Shown here in pieces: positions 48,682-57,846 of a stretch of DNA of 64,000 nucleotides. Origin of the DNA: Candidatus Latescibacterota bacterium. Its GTDB lineage: Bacteria > Latescibacterota > UBA2968 > UBA8231. Position numbers and translations under genes: made by a program. The notes under the pieces were generated by a model. It worked only from the letters and a program-made list of their open reading frames with translations, did not search any database and was not told where the DNA came from. The stretch spans positions 17,368 through 81,367 of the forward strand of contig SLHA01000013.1 in assembly GCA_007136405.1 (NCBI GenBank). Direction: 5' to 3'. How positions within the stretch are numbered: position 1 is the stretch's first letter; each line of letters begins with the position of its first letter.

Positions 48682-49639
48682 CGCGGATTAGAAGGGAGGG
48701 GTTGTCGCGGACCAATTCCGACAATTCTCGGAGGTTTTGCAGGGTTTCCTCCAGATCGCGCATGGCATTGAGCACGCTGGAACGGCTTTGCAGTACCGTC
48801 TGGTCCACATGGAGAACAGTCTGGTCCATGTTTCGGGTCAGTTCGTCGATGCTGTGGATCAGGTCCGGTAACGGTCCCTGAACGGTCTGGTTGATGGACC
48901 GGGCAGACTCCTGTACGTCCGCCAGAAAACGCTGCGTGGACTCACTGACCAGCATGGCATGCAACGAGTCCATGGTGGCCTGCATGGTCACCGCGGTTCC
49001 CGCCAGCGCTCCGGAGGCCAGGGCCATGTTGGCCAGCACGGTGTCCACTTGCGGCTGGCTGCCGGCGACCAGGGCGTTGGCGGTCTCCGTCAGCTGGCTG
49101 GTGGACTCGAGGGTGCTGGCCAGGTGCCGCTGGTTTTGAGGGCCCAGCAGTATGCTGGCCCGGTCCAGCAGAATCTCCAATTTGCTGGTCAGAACCTCGG
49201 CCTGACGGTCGATGTCCGATAGAAAGGTCTCGCTGGACGGAATGAGTGATCCCGGTGGCAGCGGTTCGCTGGCACTGGATCCCGGCAGCAGTTCCAGATA
49301 CTTGAGCCCGGTGATACCGAGGTGGTAGATCACTGCCCGGGTGTCCTCACGGATGGCCTGATGTACCCGGCCCGGTTCCACGCTGATCTTGACCACGACC
49401 ACGCCGATGGCTTCCGGCGATATGTATATGTCCTCCACCCGGCCGACCGTGATGCCCTGGTATTTGACCTGGGCGCCTATATGCAGACCGCTGACTGAAA
49501 CACCTTCGAATTCGATGAAGTAGACATCCCGCTGCTGCACGAAGTGCATTCCCGCGATGGCGAGGACGAAGGCGGTCAGCATGCCACTGGCTACGACAAA
49601 AAAAACAGCGAGCCGTATCTTCTGGGTTCTGGATGCCAT
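48656..49639 (-). CDS. MCE-domain protein (MlaD/PqiB-like substrate-binding component)
   Basis: N-terminal TM helix, MCE domain (YFIEFEGVSVSGLHIGAQVKYQGITVGRVEDI), long Ser/Thr/Gln-rich helical C-terminus. Confidence 0.8.
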   Translation of the reverse strand: MASRTQKIRLAVFFVVASGMLTAFVLAIAGMHFVQQRDVYFIEFEGVSVSGLHIGAQVKYQGITVGRVEDIYISPEAIGVVVVKISVEPGRVHQAIREDTRAVIYHLGITGLKYLELLPGSSASEPLPPGSLIPSSETFLSDIDRQAEVLTSKLEILLDRASILLGPQNQRHLASTLESTSQLTETANALVAGSQPQVDTVLANMALASGALAGTAVTMQATMDSLHAMLVSESTQRFLADVQESARSINQTVQGPLPDLIHSIDELTRNMDQTVLHVDQTVLQSRSSVLNAMRDLEETLQNLRELSELVRDNPSLLIRGGTRPDGS

Positions 49640-50156
49640 GAAAACAAAGTTGAATCAGGATGGGCGCATGTCGCGCATGAGAATCACTATCCACAGAATA
49701 TGGCCCGATGCATCAACAGAGGCAAGCAGTGCACATCTGATGGGCGGCAACCGGGTGTTTACTTCTGGCCGCTGTACAGGGCGTGTCCTATTTTCTATGA
49801 GGTTGCTGCCGCCGTGCCGGGCAGACGGCCTGTGCTGTCCCGGCGCCCGTCAACCGCCACCTTCGTCGTTGTGATCCGTATCTGATGACCCGTATGAGGC
49901 CCGGTGTGTTCCCGGCACTGTCCGGCGACTGCCTGCGTGCATCCGGCTATGGCCGGTGTCCAGCTCTTGTACCTGGCCAGAATGGCGCGGCCATTCCGGC
50001 GGGTGCCGGTCTGGGTCCGGACGCTGGAAAGGCTTACATCGACGCATATGCAGCCCGCCTCGTGGTGCAATCGGCGGGTATGCCTGGAGACAGCCCAACG
50101 GCGGTCAGTCATGCGGTGTCTGGACACGCATGCTGTCCGGGGAAAGTGTGGCGTTC

Positions 50157-53100
50157 ATGATCACGGAGTTCTACCAGGGTCGTACCATTCTGCTGACCGG
50201 AGGCAGCGGTTTTCTGGGCCAGGGACTGGCAGCCAAGATATTGCGCGATCTGCCGGGCATCGAACGGCTGTACCTGCTGCTCCGCAGCCGGCGCCAGACG
50301 GACGGTAGTCTGCTGACCGCAGCCGAACGCCTGGAGTCGGAGATTTTTCGGGCGGACGTCTTCGATCGCTTTCGCCGCGAAGAACCGGAGCCGTTCGCGG
50401 CGGCCAAAGCCCGGACCCGCGCCATCGAGTTCGACATGGGCGCTCCCGGACTGGGCCTCGCTGACGCGGACCGGGATGAACTGGTGCGGCATGTGGACTG
50501 CGTCATCGGTGCCGCCGCGACAGTCGTCTTCGACGAGCCTCTGGACCTGGCGGTGCAGGTCAATACGCTCGGACCACAGCAGCTGCTGGAACTGGCCCGG
50601 CAGTGTGACAAGCAGGTTGTCTTCGTGCACGTGTCGACGGCGTATGTCAGCGGGCAGTTGCAGGGCCAGATCGTCGAGGCGCCCTTGCCGGAGGATCGGA
50701 CGGTACGTCAGTTGATGGCGCGATCGCAGCCGGCGGCTAGCTTCGATCCAGCAGCGGAGGTAACGGCCTGCCTCGAGTACGGCAGACAGGTGCGCGAACT
50801 GGCCGAAACTCCGGCAAAAGAGGCTGAATTCAGCCGGCAGATTCTGTCACAGCATCACAACCACAGCCTGTCGCCGTCCCGCCTCGCCAAACTGGTCGAA
50901 GACCGGCGCAAGCGCTGGATCGAACGTCAACTCACCCGCGAAGGCGTCCGGCGGGCTCAGGCGCATGGGTGGAATGACGTCTACACGTTCACCAAGGCGA
51001 TGGGCGAGCAGCTGCTGACGCGCGAGCGCGGTGATGTGCCTCTGGTGATCGTGCGGCCCAGTATCGTGGAGAGCAGCCTGTCGGATCCGCAACCGGGCTG
51101 GGTTTTCGGGCTCAAGGTGGCTGATCCGTTGATCGTCGGATACGGCCGCGGTTTGGTACCGGATTTCCCCACGCCACGGAACGTGGTCATGGATCTGGTT
51201 CCGGTGGACGTCGTAGTCAACACCATCCTCGCCGCCGCCACGCAAGCAAGCTCTACAACGGTGCAGGTGTACCACGCCGCCACCAGCGGCGTGTGCCCGT
51301 TGACCATGCAGCAGATGTACGACTATGTGCGCAGCTATTTTCAGGAGTATCCCATGCGTGGCCGGGACGGTTCCACTCCGGAACTGCCCGAATGGACCTT
51401 TCCCAGCCCATGGCTGTTCAAGCTCCGTTTCAAACTGCGGTATTTCTATCCGTTGCGGGCGCAGCAGTGGCTCCTGGCCAGGCTTCCCACCAGACTGGCG
51501 CCTGTGGCCCAGAAAAGGCGGCTGGCCGCGCTGGAAAAACGTCTGCTGCGTGTCCTGTATTACACCGAGTTGTTCGGACCCTATACCCGGTTGAGCTGTC
51601 GCTATGTGACCACGCGGGCGCAAGCCCTGTTCGAATCACTCCCGGCCGACGACAAACTGCGTTTCAACATGGATATCCGGCGCCTCGAATGGCGCAGCTA
51701 CATCCGTGAGGTCCATATCCCGGGTCTGCGCCGTCATGTCCTGCGCGAGGAACAGACCGAAGAAACGCTTCTCAGAGAGGCTCCGGAAGAGCTGGGTGAC
51801 GAAGAAGAGCAGTGGCGTATCGAAGAGAGCATCCGGACCATTCCTGACCTGATTCGCTGGTCCTGTGCCCGTTACGGAGACGCCGTGGCCCTGCGCGCCA
51901 CGGGGAAGACGCAAGGTGCGCGCCAGTACACCTATACTCAGCTGCAACAGGCCATAAGCGACATGGGGGCATATTGGGAATCCAGCGGATTGGCTACCGG
52001 GCAGCGCGTCCTGCTGTGCGCTGAAAACAGCCCGGAGTGGGTCATCGCCTATATGGCGGCCTCATGCCTGGGGTTGGTGGTGGTGCCTGTTGACCCGCAG
52101 ACCCCAGGCCGTGAAGTGTGGGCCCTGGCAGCGTTCACCGGCGCTCGCGCCTTACTGGTGTCGGTTTCGGTCTGGGACGGACTGGCACCCACGTTGACGG
52201 ATGCTTCGCCTGCCGTATTCGGGTTATCGGACGGCGGGCTGCGGCTGCACGGCGCCGAACCGTCTCCTGCCGGCGCTCGCAAGGGAGACTGGCATCCGCC
52301 TGCGGTCGAGCCGGATCAACTCGCCTCGATCGCCTTTGTCTCCGGGACCCTGGTCAGCCCCCGCGGGGCCATGCTCAGTCACCGCAACTTCATCTCCGAC
52401 GTCATGGCGCTGGCGGAAATACACCGGCTGGGAGCTGATGACCGCGTCCTTTCGCTCCTGCCGTTGCACCACTGCCTGGAGTTCACCGGCGGAATGTTGT
52501 TGCCCTTGCTGGGCGGCGCCTCCATCACTTATCCGGGTGAACCCAACAGCAGGATCATTCTGGACGCATTGCGGCAACACGGCATCACGGCCGTTTTGAC
52601 GGTCCCGCGTCTGCTGAAGATCCTGGTGGACCGGATCGGCCGGTTGGTGGCCACGGCCGGACGCGGGGAGAGTATCCCTGAACTGGACGCCCTCCGGTCC
52701 GTTCGGCTGCTGGTGAGCGGCGGAGCGCCGTTGCCGCCGGTCGTTTTCCGGGAATTCGAGCGTCTGGGGATTCTGGTGCATGAGGGATACGGGCTGACCG
52801 AAGCCGCACCCATCGTCACGGTGTCACCGCCGGGAGAACCGCGGGCGGGATCGGCAGGCAAAGCCATACCCGGCGTCGAACTGCGAATTCGCCACCCGGA
52901 TGAACAGGGCATCGGTGAGATTCTGGTGCGTGGCCCCATGGTGATGCAAGGCTATCTGAACCAGCCGGAACTGACGGCATCCGTTCTGCGGGATGGCTGG
53001 CTGCATACGGGTGACCTGGGACGAGTCGACGCGGATGGTTACCTGTGGATCACCGGTCGCACCAAGCAGCTGGTGGTGACCGGTGCCGGTAAAAACGTCT

Positions 53101-54401
53101 ACCCCGAGGAAGTGGAGATTCTTTATGCGGATCTACCCCACGTGGTCGAACTGGCCGTAGTCGGAGTGCCTTCCCCGCGAACGCTCAGTGAGGAAGTCCA
53201 GGCGGTGGCCGTGGTGCGCAGGACGGAAAGCGATGATTGGCAGACGGTGGAGACCGAGGTCAGGGCTGCGACCCAGCGTCTGGCCATCTCCATCCCGTCT
53301 CATCAGCGCATTCAACGGCTGCACCTGTGGCAGCGGCCTCTTCCCAGGCTGGACAATGGTGCAGTGGACCGCGCTGCTGTGCAGCTGGAGCTGGAGTACG
53401 AGACCGAAGCAGCGGTTTCCGGCACAGCGCTCCCGGAGCTGGCGGACTGGGAACTGGGGGTGTGTGACCGCATTGCCAGAATGACCGGGCTGACCCGGGA
53501 GCATGTCGCGGCGCACGCGGATGCACCCCTGGACACCCTCATGGATTCGTTGATGGCCATCGAGTTTGCGTCTGTCCTGGAAAACCAGGTGGACGGGCGC
53601 AAGCTGCGCATCGATCGCGCCCAGATGACGCTGCGGCAGCTGCTGGATCATCTGAAACCGCAACTGAAGGACGGGAAGCACGGCCATTGGAGCGCAGCCG
53701 GAGCGCCGGACTCGGTGCGATACTGGTCGCAAGTGCTGGCCGATGCGGACCGGAAATCACCCCGGGACACCGTGCCACCGGGCCACACCGGCGGCTGGAA
53801 TTCCACCCAGAACGCGCTTTGGCGGGCACTGGGACTGGTGTTTGCCAAGCGGCTGCAGGTAGTTGTCAGTGGCGCCGAGGAACTGCCGGATACCGGGCCC
53901 TATCTGCTGGCTGCCAGTCCTTGCCGAGCCATGGATGCGCTGGCTCTCGTGGCGGCGGTTCGGCCCCATATCGAGCATTGCCACCTGCTGGCCATCAATG
54001 ACATCCAGGTAAAAGCGCGATGGCAGGACTGGCTGGTACGGTACCTGTTGAATGGCGCCGCCCTGGACCACGCCGAAGAGATGCGGGATACGCTCATGCT
54101 GGCCCGGGAGCGGGTGGGAGTCCGGCGTCCTCTGCTGGTTTTTTCCGGGGAGGGCCGCGCGGGCACCAGTCAACCGCAGCCGTACCGGGCAACGGTGGGG
54201 CTGCTGGCGTGCGAACTCGACCTGCCGGTGGTGCCGGTGTACATAGATCTGTCCCGGCGGCGGCGCAGCCTGCGTATAGGTCCACCGCTCCATCCCGCAC
54301 CGTTCAGGGACCGTGCCGACCTGCTCACCCCCTATGAAGTGTACCAGGAAATAGCCGCATCCCTGCAGCGCCGGATCCGGATGCTGCAGGAATCAGCCTG
54401 A
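50157..54401 (+). CDS. multidomain lipid-biosynthesis enzyme: fatty-acyl reductase (NAD_binding_4/FAR) + AMP-dependent acyl-CoA ligase + carrier-protein-like motif + PlsC/LPLAT-like acyltransferase (ElbD-like architecture)
   Basis: N-terminus ILLTGGSGFLGQ...YTFTKAMGE (Rossmann + YxxxK) followed by a FAR_C-like region. Middle: SGTLVSPRGAMLSHRN (degenerate A3 motif), YGLTEAAP, GWLHTGDLG. LDTLMDSLMAIEFAS is a phosphopantetheine-site-like DSL motif. The C-terminal ~210 aa are acyltransferase-like. Start at MITEFYQG; GTG 50148 is the alternative. Confidence 0.8.
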   Translation: MITEFYQGRTILLTGGSGFLGQGLAAKILRDLPGIERLYLLLRSRRQTDGSLLTAAERLESEIFRADVFDRFRREEPEPFAAAKARTRAIEFDMGAPGLGLADADRDELVRHVDCVIGAAATVVFDEPLDLAVQVNTLGPQQLLELARQCDKQVVFVHVSTAYVSGQLQGQIVEAPLPEDRTVRQLMARSQPAASFDPAAEVTACLEYGRQVRELAETPAKEAEFSRQILSQHHNHSLSPSRLAKLVEDRRKRWIERQLTREGVRRAQAHGWNDVYTFTKAMGEQLLTRERGDVPLVIVRPSIVESSLSDPQPGWVFGLKVADPLIVGYGRGLVPDFPTPRNVVMDLVPVDVVVNTILAAATQASSTTVQVYHAATSGVCPLTMQQMYDYVRSYFQEYPMRGRDGSTPELPEWTFPSPWLFKLRFKLRYFYPLRAQQWLLARLPTRLAPVAQKRRLAALEKRLLRVLYYTELFGPYTRLSCRYVTTRAQALFESLPADDKLRFNMDIRRLEWRSYIREVHIPGLRRHVLREEQTEETLLREAPEELGDEEEQWRIEESIRTIPDLIRWSCARYGDAVALRATGKTQGARQYTYTQLQQAISDMGAYWESSGLATGQRVLLCAENSPEWVIAYMAASCLGLVVVPVDPQTPGREVWALAAFTGARALLVSVSVWDGLAPTLTDASPAVFGLSDGGLRLHGAEPSPAGARKGDWHPPAVEPDQLASIAFVSGTLVSPRGAMLSHRNFISDVMALAEIHRLGADDRVLSLLPLHHCLEFTGGMLLPLLGGASITYPGEPNSRIILDALRQHGITAVLTVPRLLKILVDRIGRLVATAGRGESIPELDALRSVRLLVSGGAPLPPVVFREFERLGILVHEGYGLTEAAPIVTVSPPGEPRAGSAGKAIPGVELRIRHPDEQGIGEILVRGPMVMQGYLNQPELTASVLRDGWLHTGDLGRVDADGYLWITGRTKQLVVTGAGKNVYPEEVEILYADLPHVVELAVVGVPSPRTLSEEVQAVAVVRRTESDDWQTVETEVRAATQRLAISIPSHQRIQRLHLWQRPLPRLDNGAVDRAAVQLELEYETEAAVSGTALPELADWELGVCDRIARMTGLTREHVAAHADAPLDTLMDSLMAIEFASVLENQVDGRKLRIDRAQMTLRQLLDHLKPQLKDGKHGHWSAAGAPDSVRYWSQVLADADRKSPRDTVPPGHTGGWNSTQNALWRALGLVFAKRLQVVVSGAEELPDTGPYLLAASPCRAMDALALVAAVRPHIEHCHLLAINDIQVKARWQDWLVRYLLNGAALDHAEEMRDTLMLARERVGVRRPLLVFSGEGRAGTSQPQPYRATVGLLACELDLPVVPVYIDLSRRRRSLRIGPPLHPAPFRDRADLLTPYEVYQEIAASLQRRIRMLQESA

Positions 54402-54497
54402 TCGCTGCGCGCCGGGCCGGAACCGGCGAACGGCTTGCGGGTTGCTGCTCCGCCTTTGCCTCCAGACGCGGAGCAAGCAGGAACGGGTGTCCGGAGT

Positions 54498-55358
54498 TCA
54501 CCTGGCCATGGCGTCTGTCCGGGAGGCCCAGTGTGCCGCTGCCAGACGCTTCCAGTCATCGCAACCGGTCACCGTGCACTGGGGAAACGCTCCTGCCGGC
54601 AGCGCCGGAGCCTCTGCTCTGGCCGCAACGGGCAGCACGCCATCTCTTTCCTGCCACCAATGCGGTGCAGCAACGCTGCCCTCGTAGCAGTACAACAGGT
54701 GCAGCGGCTCGCTGGCATGAAGGTTGGTAACCTGGTGCCACTGATCCCCGGGGACGAAGACAGCTGCCGGAGGCGCTATCTCGCGCACCTGGTCTCCGAT
54801 GCACATCTCAGCGCGGCCGCCGAGCAGCAGGTATACCTCGTTCTGTCGGTCCGGATGATTGTGCCAGGGCACCTGACCACCGCGTGGCGACAGGATGGAC
54901 AGGCCCGCCGTGAAACCCGCAGCTTTGACCGGAGATCCTCCGTTGGTGATGGAGCGTCCCCAGCGGCATGCCGGAAAACGGATCCCTTCCATGCTGCCGA
55001 GATCGGCTGTGTCCGCTTCGCTGGATGGCGGCCGCTGCGGGCTGGCCAGATACAGGAATTCGATGGGGCCTTCGTCTTCCGCTGCCAACCTCAGGGCACC
55101 GGCCGACGGCAGGCTTCGGGTGAGGAGCGGCGTCAGCGCCGCGGATCCGGCCCGGTCAATCAGCCGGCCATGGCCCGAGACCCCGTACAGGACCTGTTCC
55201 CGGGCGTCGGCCGGCGGGACCAGTTGCACAGGTGCGGAGCCCTGAACACGACACAGCCACAGGTAGAAACCCGCCTGGCTGTTGGGGCTGCCCGGTCCGG
55301 CCACGGAACGCGTGACGATGCCTTCCAGCGCGGCGGTATGTAGATCCAGTACTTGCAC
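54498..55358 (-). CDS. bicupin-domain protein
   Basis: Two cupin-like segments; the second has WHNHPDRQNEVYLLLGGRAEMCIGDQ...PGDQWHQ. 12-bp gap from the upstream gene. Confidence 0.6.
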   Translation of the reverse strand: MQVLDLHTAALEGIVTRSVAGPGSPNSQAGFYLWLCRVQGSAPVQLVPPADAREQVLYGVSGHGRLIDRAGSAALTPLLTRSLPSAGALRLAAEDEGPIEFLYLASPQRPPSSEADTADLGSMEGIRFPACRWGRSITNGGSPVKAAGFTAGLSILSPRGGQVPWHNHPDRQNEVYLLLGGRAEMCIGDQVREIAPPAAVFVPGDQWHQVTNLHASEPLHLLYCYEGSVAAPHWWQERDGVLPVAARAEAPALPAGAFPQCTVTGCDDWKRLAAAHWASRTDAMAR

Positions 55359-55370
55359 TGTGTGCCTCCA

Positions 55371-56534
55371 TTACAGCAGGGAACGAACGTTGCGGATGGT
55401 CGCGGGCGTACCCATGGCAGCAGCCGATGCCGCCGTCTGGTTGGCTGTTTCGACCCCCTGGGCGCCATCCAGCAACGAGGCGGGATTCTCCGAACCCGTG
55501 ACCACGTGACGCAGGAACAATTCCCACTGGTGCCGGAAGGCATTTTCGGGGACGGCGGCCTGTTCGTACAGCTCCCATCCCTCCGGAAAATCCTCCCGGC
55601 TGGCCGTGTCGGGGTCCCAGGCTATGGACGGTGTGCGCTCATTGGAGATCCAGTAGCAGCGATCCAGGTATACTTCGGCCGCGCCCTCTGTGCCCTGGAT
55701 ACGAATTTCCAGCAGGCCGCGTTTGCGCGGACGACGGCACCAGGAAGATACGGTGGTACAGACGACCGGTTCCGGGCTCAGGGCGCTGTCCGCTTCAAAG
55801 GTGGCATAGACGGAGTCCTCGGCCGTGGTAGGCACGGGCTGGCCATTGCGTGTCCGTTGCTTGATATGCAATGCCGCATGGGCGCTGACCCGGCTGGGCT
55901 GGCCGACCAGGTGCTTGAGCAGGTAATCCCAGTGGGACACCATGTCCAGTATGATGCCGCCACCCTCCGCCTTGTCGGCATTCCAGTCGGGACGCGTCCC
56001 GTCGTCGGGATGGACGAAGTAGCCGAAATCGAGGAGGACATGCAGGGGTTGACCGATCAGCCCGCGATCGATCAGATCCATGGCCTGAGCCGGTCCGCAC
56101 AGGTAGCGTTTGTCCTGCACCACACCGCCACACACGCCTCGCTGGCGGCAGCGGCGCACCAGATCCAGTGATTCGTCCACACTCAAGGTCAGCGGTTTTT
56201 CCGTGTACACATGCATGCCGCTGTCTATCGCTCTGGTCAGCCCCTCATGATGCAGTTTGGTAGGACTGCCTTCGAAATACACGGCATGATCCGGCGGGTT
56301 ACGAAATACAGCCTCTACATCCGTGCTGTAGGGATAGCCGAACTGACGGGCCAGCGGCGCCAGGGTTTCCTCGCGCCGCCCCAGCAGGAACGGTGCCGGC
56401 ATGATGCGGTCGCCGTTGTCCAGATTCACACCACCGGCTTGGATGATCGACGCCAGGGATCTCTCCAGGTGCTGCCGGCGGGTCATCCTGCCCGTGGCGG
56501 AACGCAGAAAAACGGGGATCTCGATGGTGGCCAT
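55371..56534 (-). CDS. Gfo/Idh/MocA-like oxidoreductase with divergent N-terminus (no GxGxxG)
   Basis: NPPDHAVYFEGSPTKLHHEGLTRAIDSGMHVYTEKP is the family helix/EKP region with C-terminal domain. The N-terminal 70 aa lack the glycine-rich loop. Confidence 0.6.
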   Translation of the reverse strand: MATIEIPVFLRSATGRMTRRQHLERSLASIIQAGGVNLDNGDRIMPAPFLLGRREETLAPLARQFGYPYSTDVEAVFRNPPDHAVYFEGSPTKLHHEGLTRAIDSGMHVYTEKPLTLSVDESLDLVRRCRQRGVCGGVVQDKRYLCGPAQAMDLIDRGLIGQPLHVLLDFGYFVHPDDGTRPDWNADKAEGGGIILDMVSHWDYLLKHLVGQPSRVSAHAALHIKQRTRNGQPVPTTAEDSVYATFEADSALSPEPVVCTTVSSWCRRPRKRGLLEIRIQGTEGAAEVYLDRCYWISNERTPSIAWDPDTASREDFPEGWELYEQAAVPENAFRHQWELFLRHVVTGSENPASLLDGAQGVETANQTAASAAAMGTPATIRNVRSLL

Positions 56535-56740
56535 GGGTGTCCTTTCTGTTGCTGCGACCGGCGGGCCGCGGTGGATAGTGCTCGAGGTTGAACTACGTTG
56601 TGCCGCCGGAGAGCATCCGGGGACGCCCCGACGCGGATTCGAAACGCCCGGGAACAGGACCGTGACAGGACGTCGCGCTTGCCGGGGTGCCCCAGGGGTG
56701 GCGCTCTATGCGGCCAGGTGCCGGTATCTGCCCTTCCGGG

Positions 56741-57820
56741 TCACGGGCTCCACCGGGCAATCCGGTCCAGCGCGGCAGCGGCGCTTTCCTGGTCGCTCAC
56801 GCCGCTCACCAGCAACCAGGCCCCTTCTGGACGCAAGGCCTGGAAAACCTCCGGCAGCTCCCGCACCGAAACGTTGAGACAGAACGACTTGCCGCGCTGC
56901 TGAATGCGGCGGTACACCGGCACCCACTGGCGCCAATGGTCCCGGCCCGCGCCGGGCACCCACTGGATCGCATGGATCTGAGGCAGATCGAGCAGTATAT
57001 CCAGGTAACGCAAGGCCTGGGGACCGTCGAGATGGTAGATGCACCGGTCCATGGGCTCGCATTCGCGCACGATCCCGGGTAGAAAGATGTCCTGGAACAT
57101 GCGGTCGGTGATCATGCAGGAGAAATCATTGGACGGCACGTGAAACTTGCCGCGGCAGGTAGCCGGCAGCCAGGTGGTGCTCGGCATCCCGGCGGCGCTC
57201 AATCGTCGATGGTAAAAGTCGTACACCTGAAGGAAATCCGTGGTGATCCGCTCTACCAGGGAGCGCACCTCCGCGGGATGTTCGATCATGTCCAGGCACA
57301 GTTGCTGTGGATCGCGGAACGCGGCGACGGCATCACCACCGCCGTGCAGATCCGTGTACCCCACGATGAACCGCCCCCGCCCGGCTTCGATCAGGGCGTC
57401 GGTCATCTCCGTGAGCTTGGCGCCGTACGGTCCCGTCAGGTCCAGTTGCAGTTGATCGAGGGCGGCCTGGCCCCAATCATGCAGGATAGGCAAGCTCCAG
57501 GAGGTGGTTTCTCCGAACTCCAGGGGACAGCCGTACAATGCGGAGAAAATCTCCGGTCCCAGATTGGGGTAGGTGACGGGCAGAGCATCGGCATGAAAGC
57601 AGGTGTTGGCCATGCGGGAACAGGCCTGCTCGACCACCCACTGGGTGTCCAGCCAGCGGTCGCGCAGCGTGGCATGGTGGCGCGGTGCGGGCGGGGGGAT
57701 CTGGTTCCGTTGCGGCCGAGGAAAGGTCATCGACACCAGGGGGCGATCGATGATCTGAGCGTCCCACCACGCTTCGTACCGGTCAAGTACCGCATCGAAA
57801 TCCGGTTTGCATTCGAACAT
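56741..57820 (-). CDS. hypothetical protein, possibly UroD-like (uroporphyrinogen decarboxylase/methyltransferase) fold
   Basis: Weak resemblance (…IYHLDGP..., length) to the UroD family. No strong motif. Confidence 0.4.
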   Translation of the reverse strand: MFECKPDFDAVLDRYEAWWDAQIIDRPLVSMTFPRPQRNQIPPPAPRHHATLRDRWLDTQWVVEQACSRMANTCFHADALPVTYPNLGPEIFSALYGCPLEFGETTSWSLPILHDWGQAALDQLQLDLTGPYGAKLTEMTDALIEAGRGRFIVGYTDLHGGGDAVAAFRDPQQLCLDMIEHPAEVRSLVERITTDFLQVYDFYHRRLSAAGMPSTTWLPATCRGKFHVPSNDFSCMITDRMFQDIFLPGIVRECEPMDRCIYHLDGPQALRYLDILLDLPQIHAIQWVPGAGRDHWRQWVPVYRRIQQRGKSFCLNVSVRELPEVFQALRPEGAWLLVSGVSDQESAAAALDRIARWSP

Positions 57821-57846
57821 GCGCTACGTTCCTTCGGTTGGCAAGA

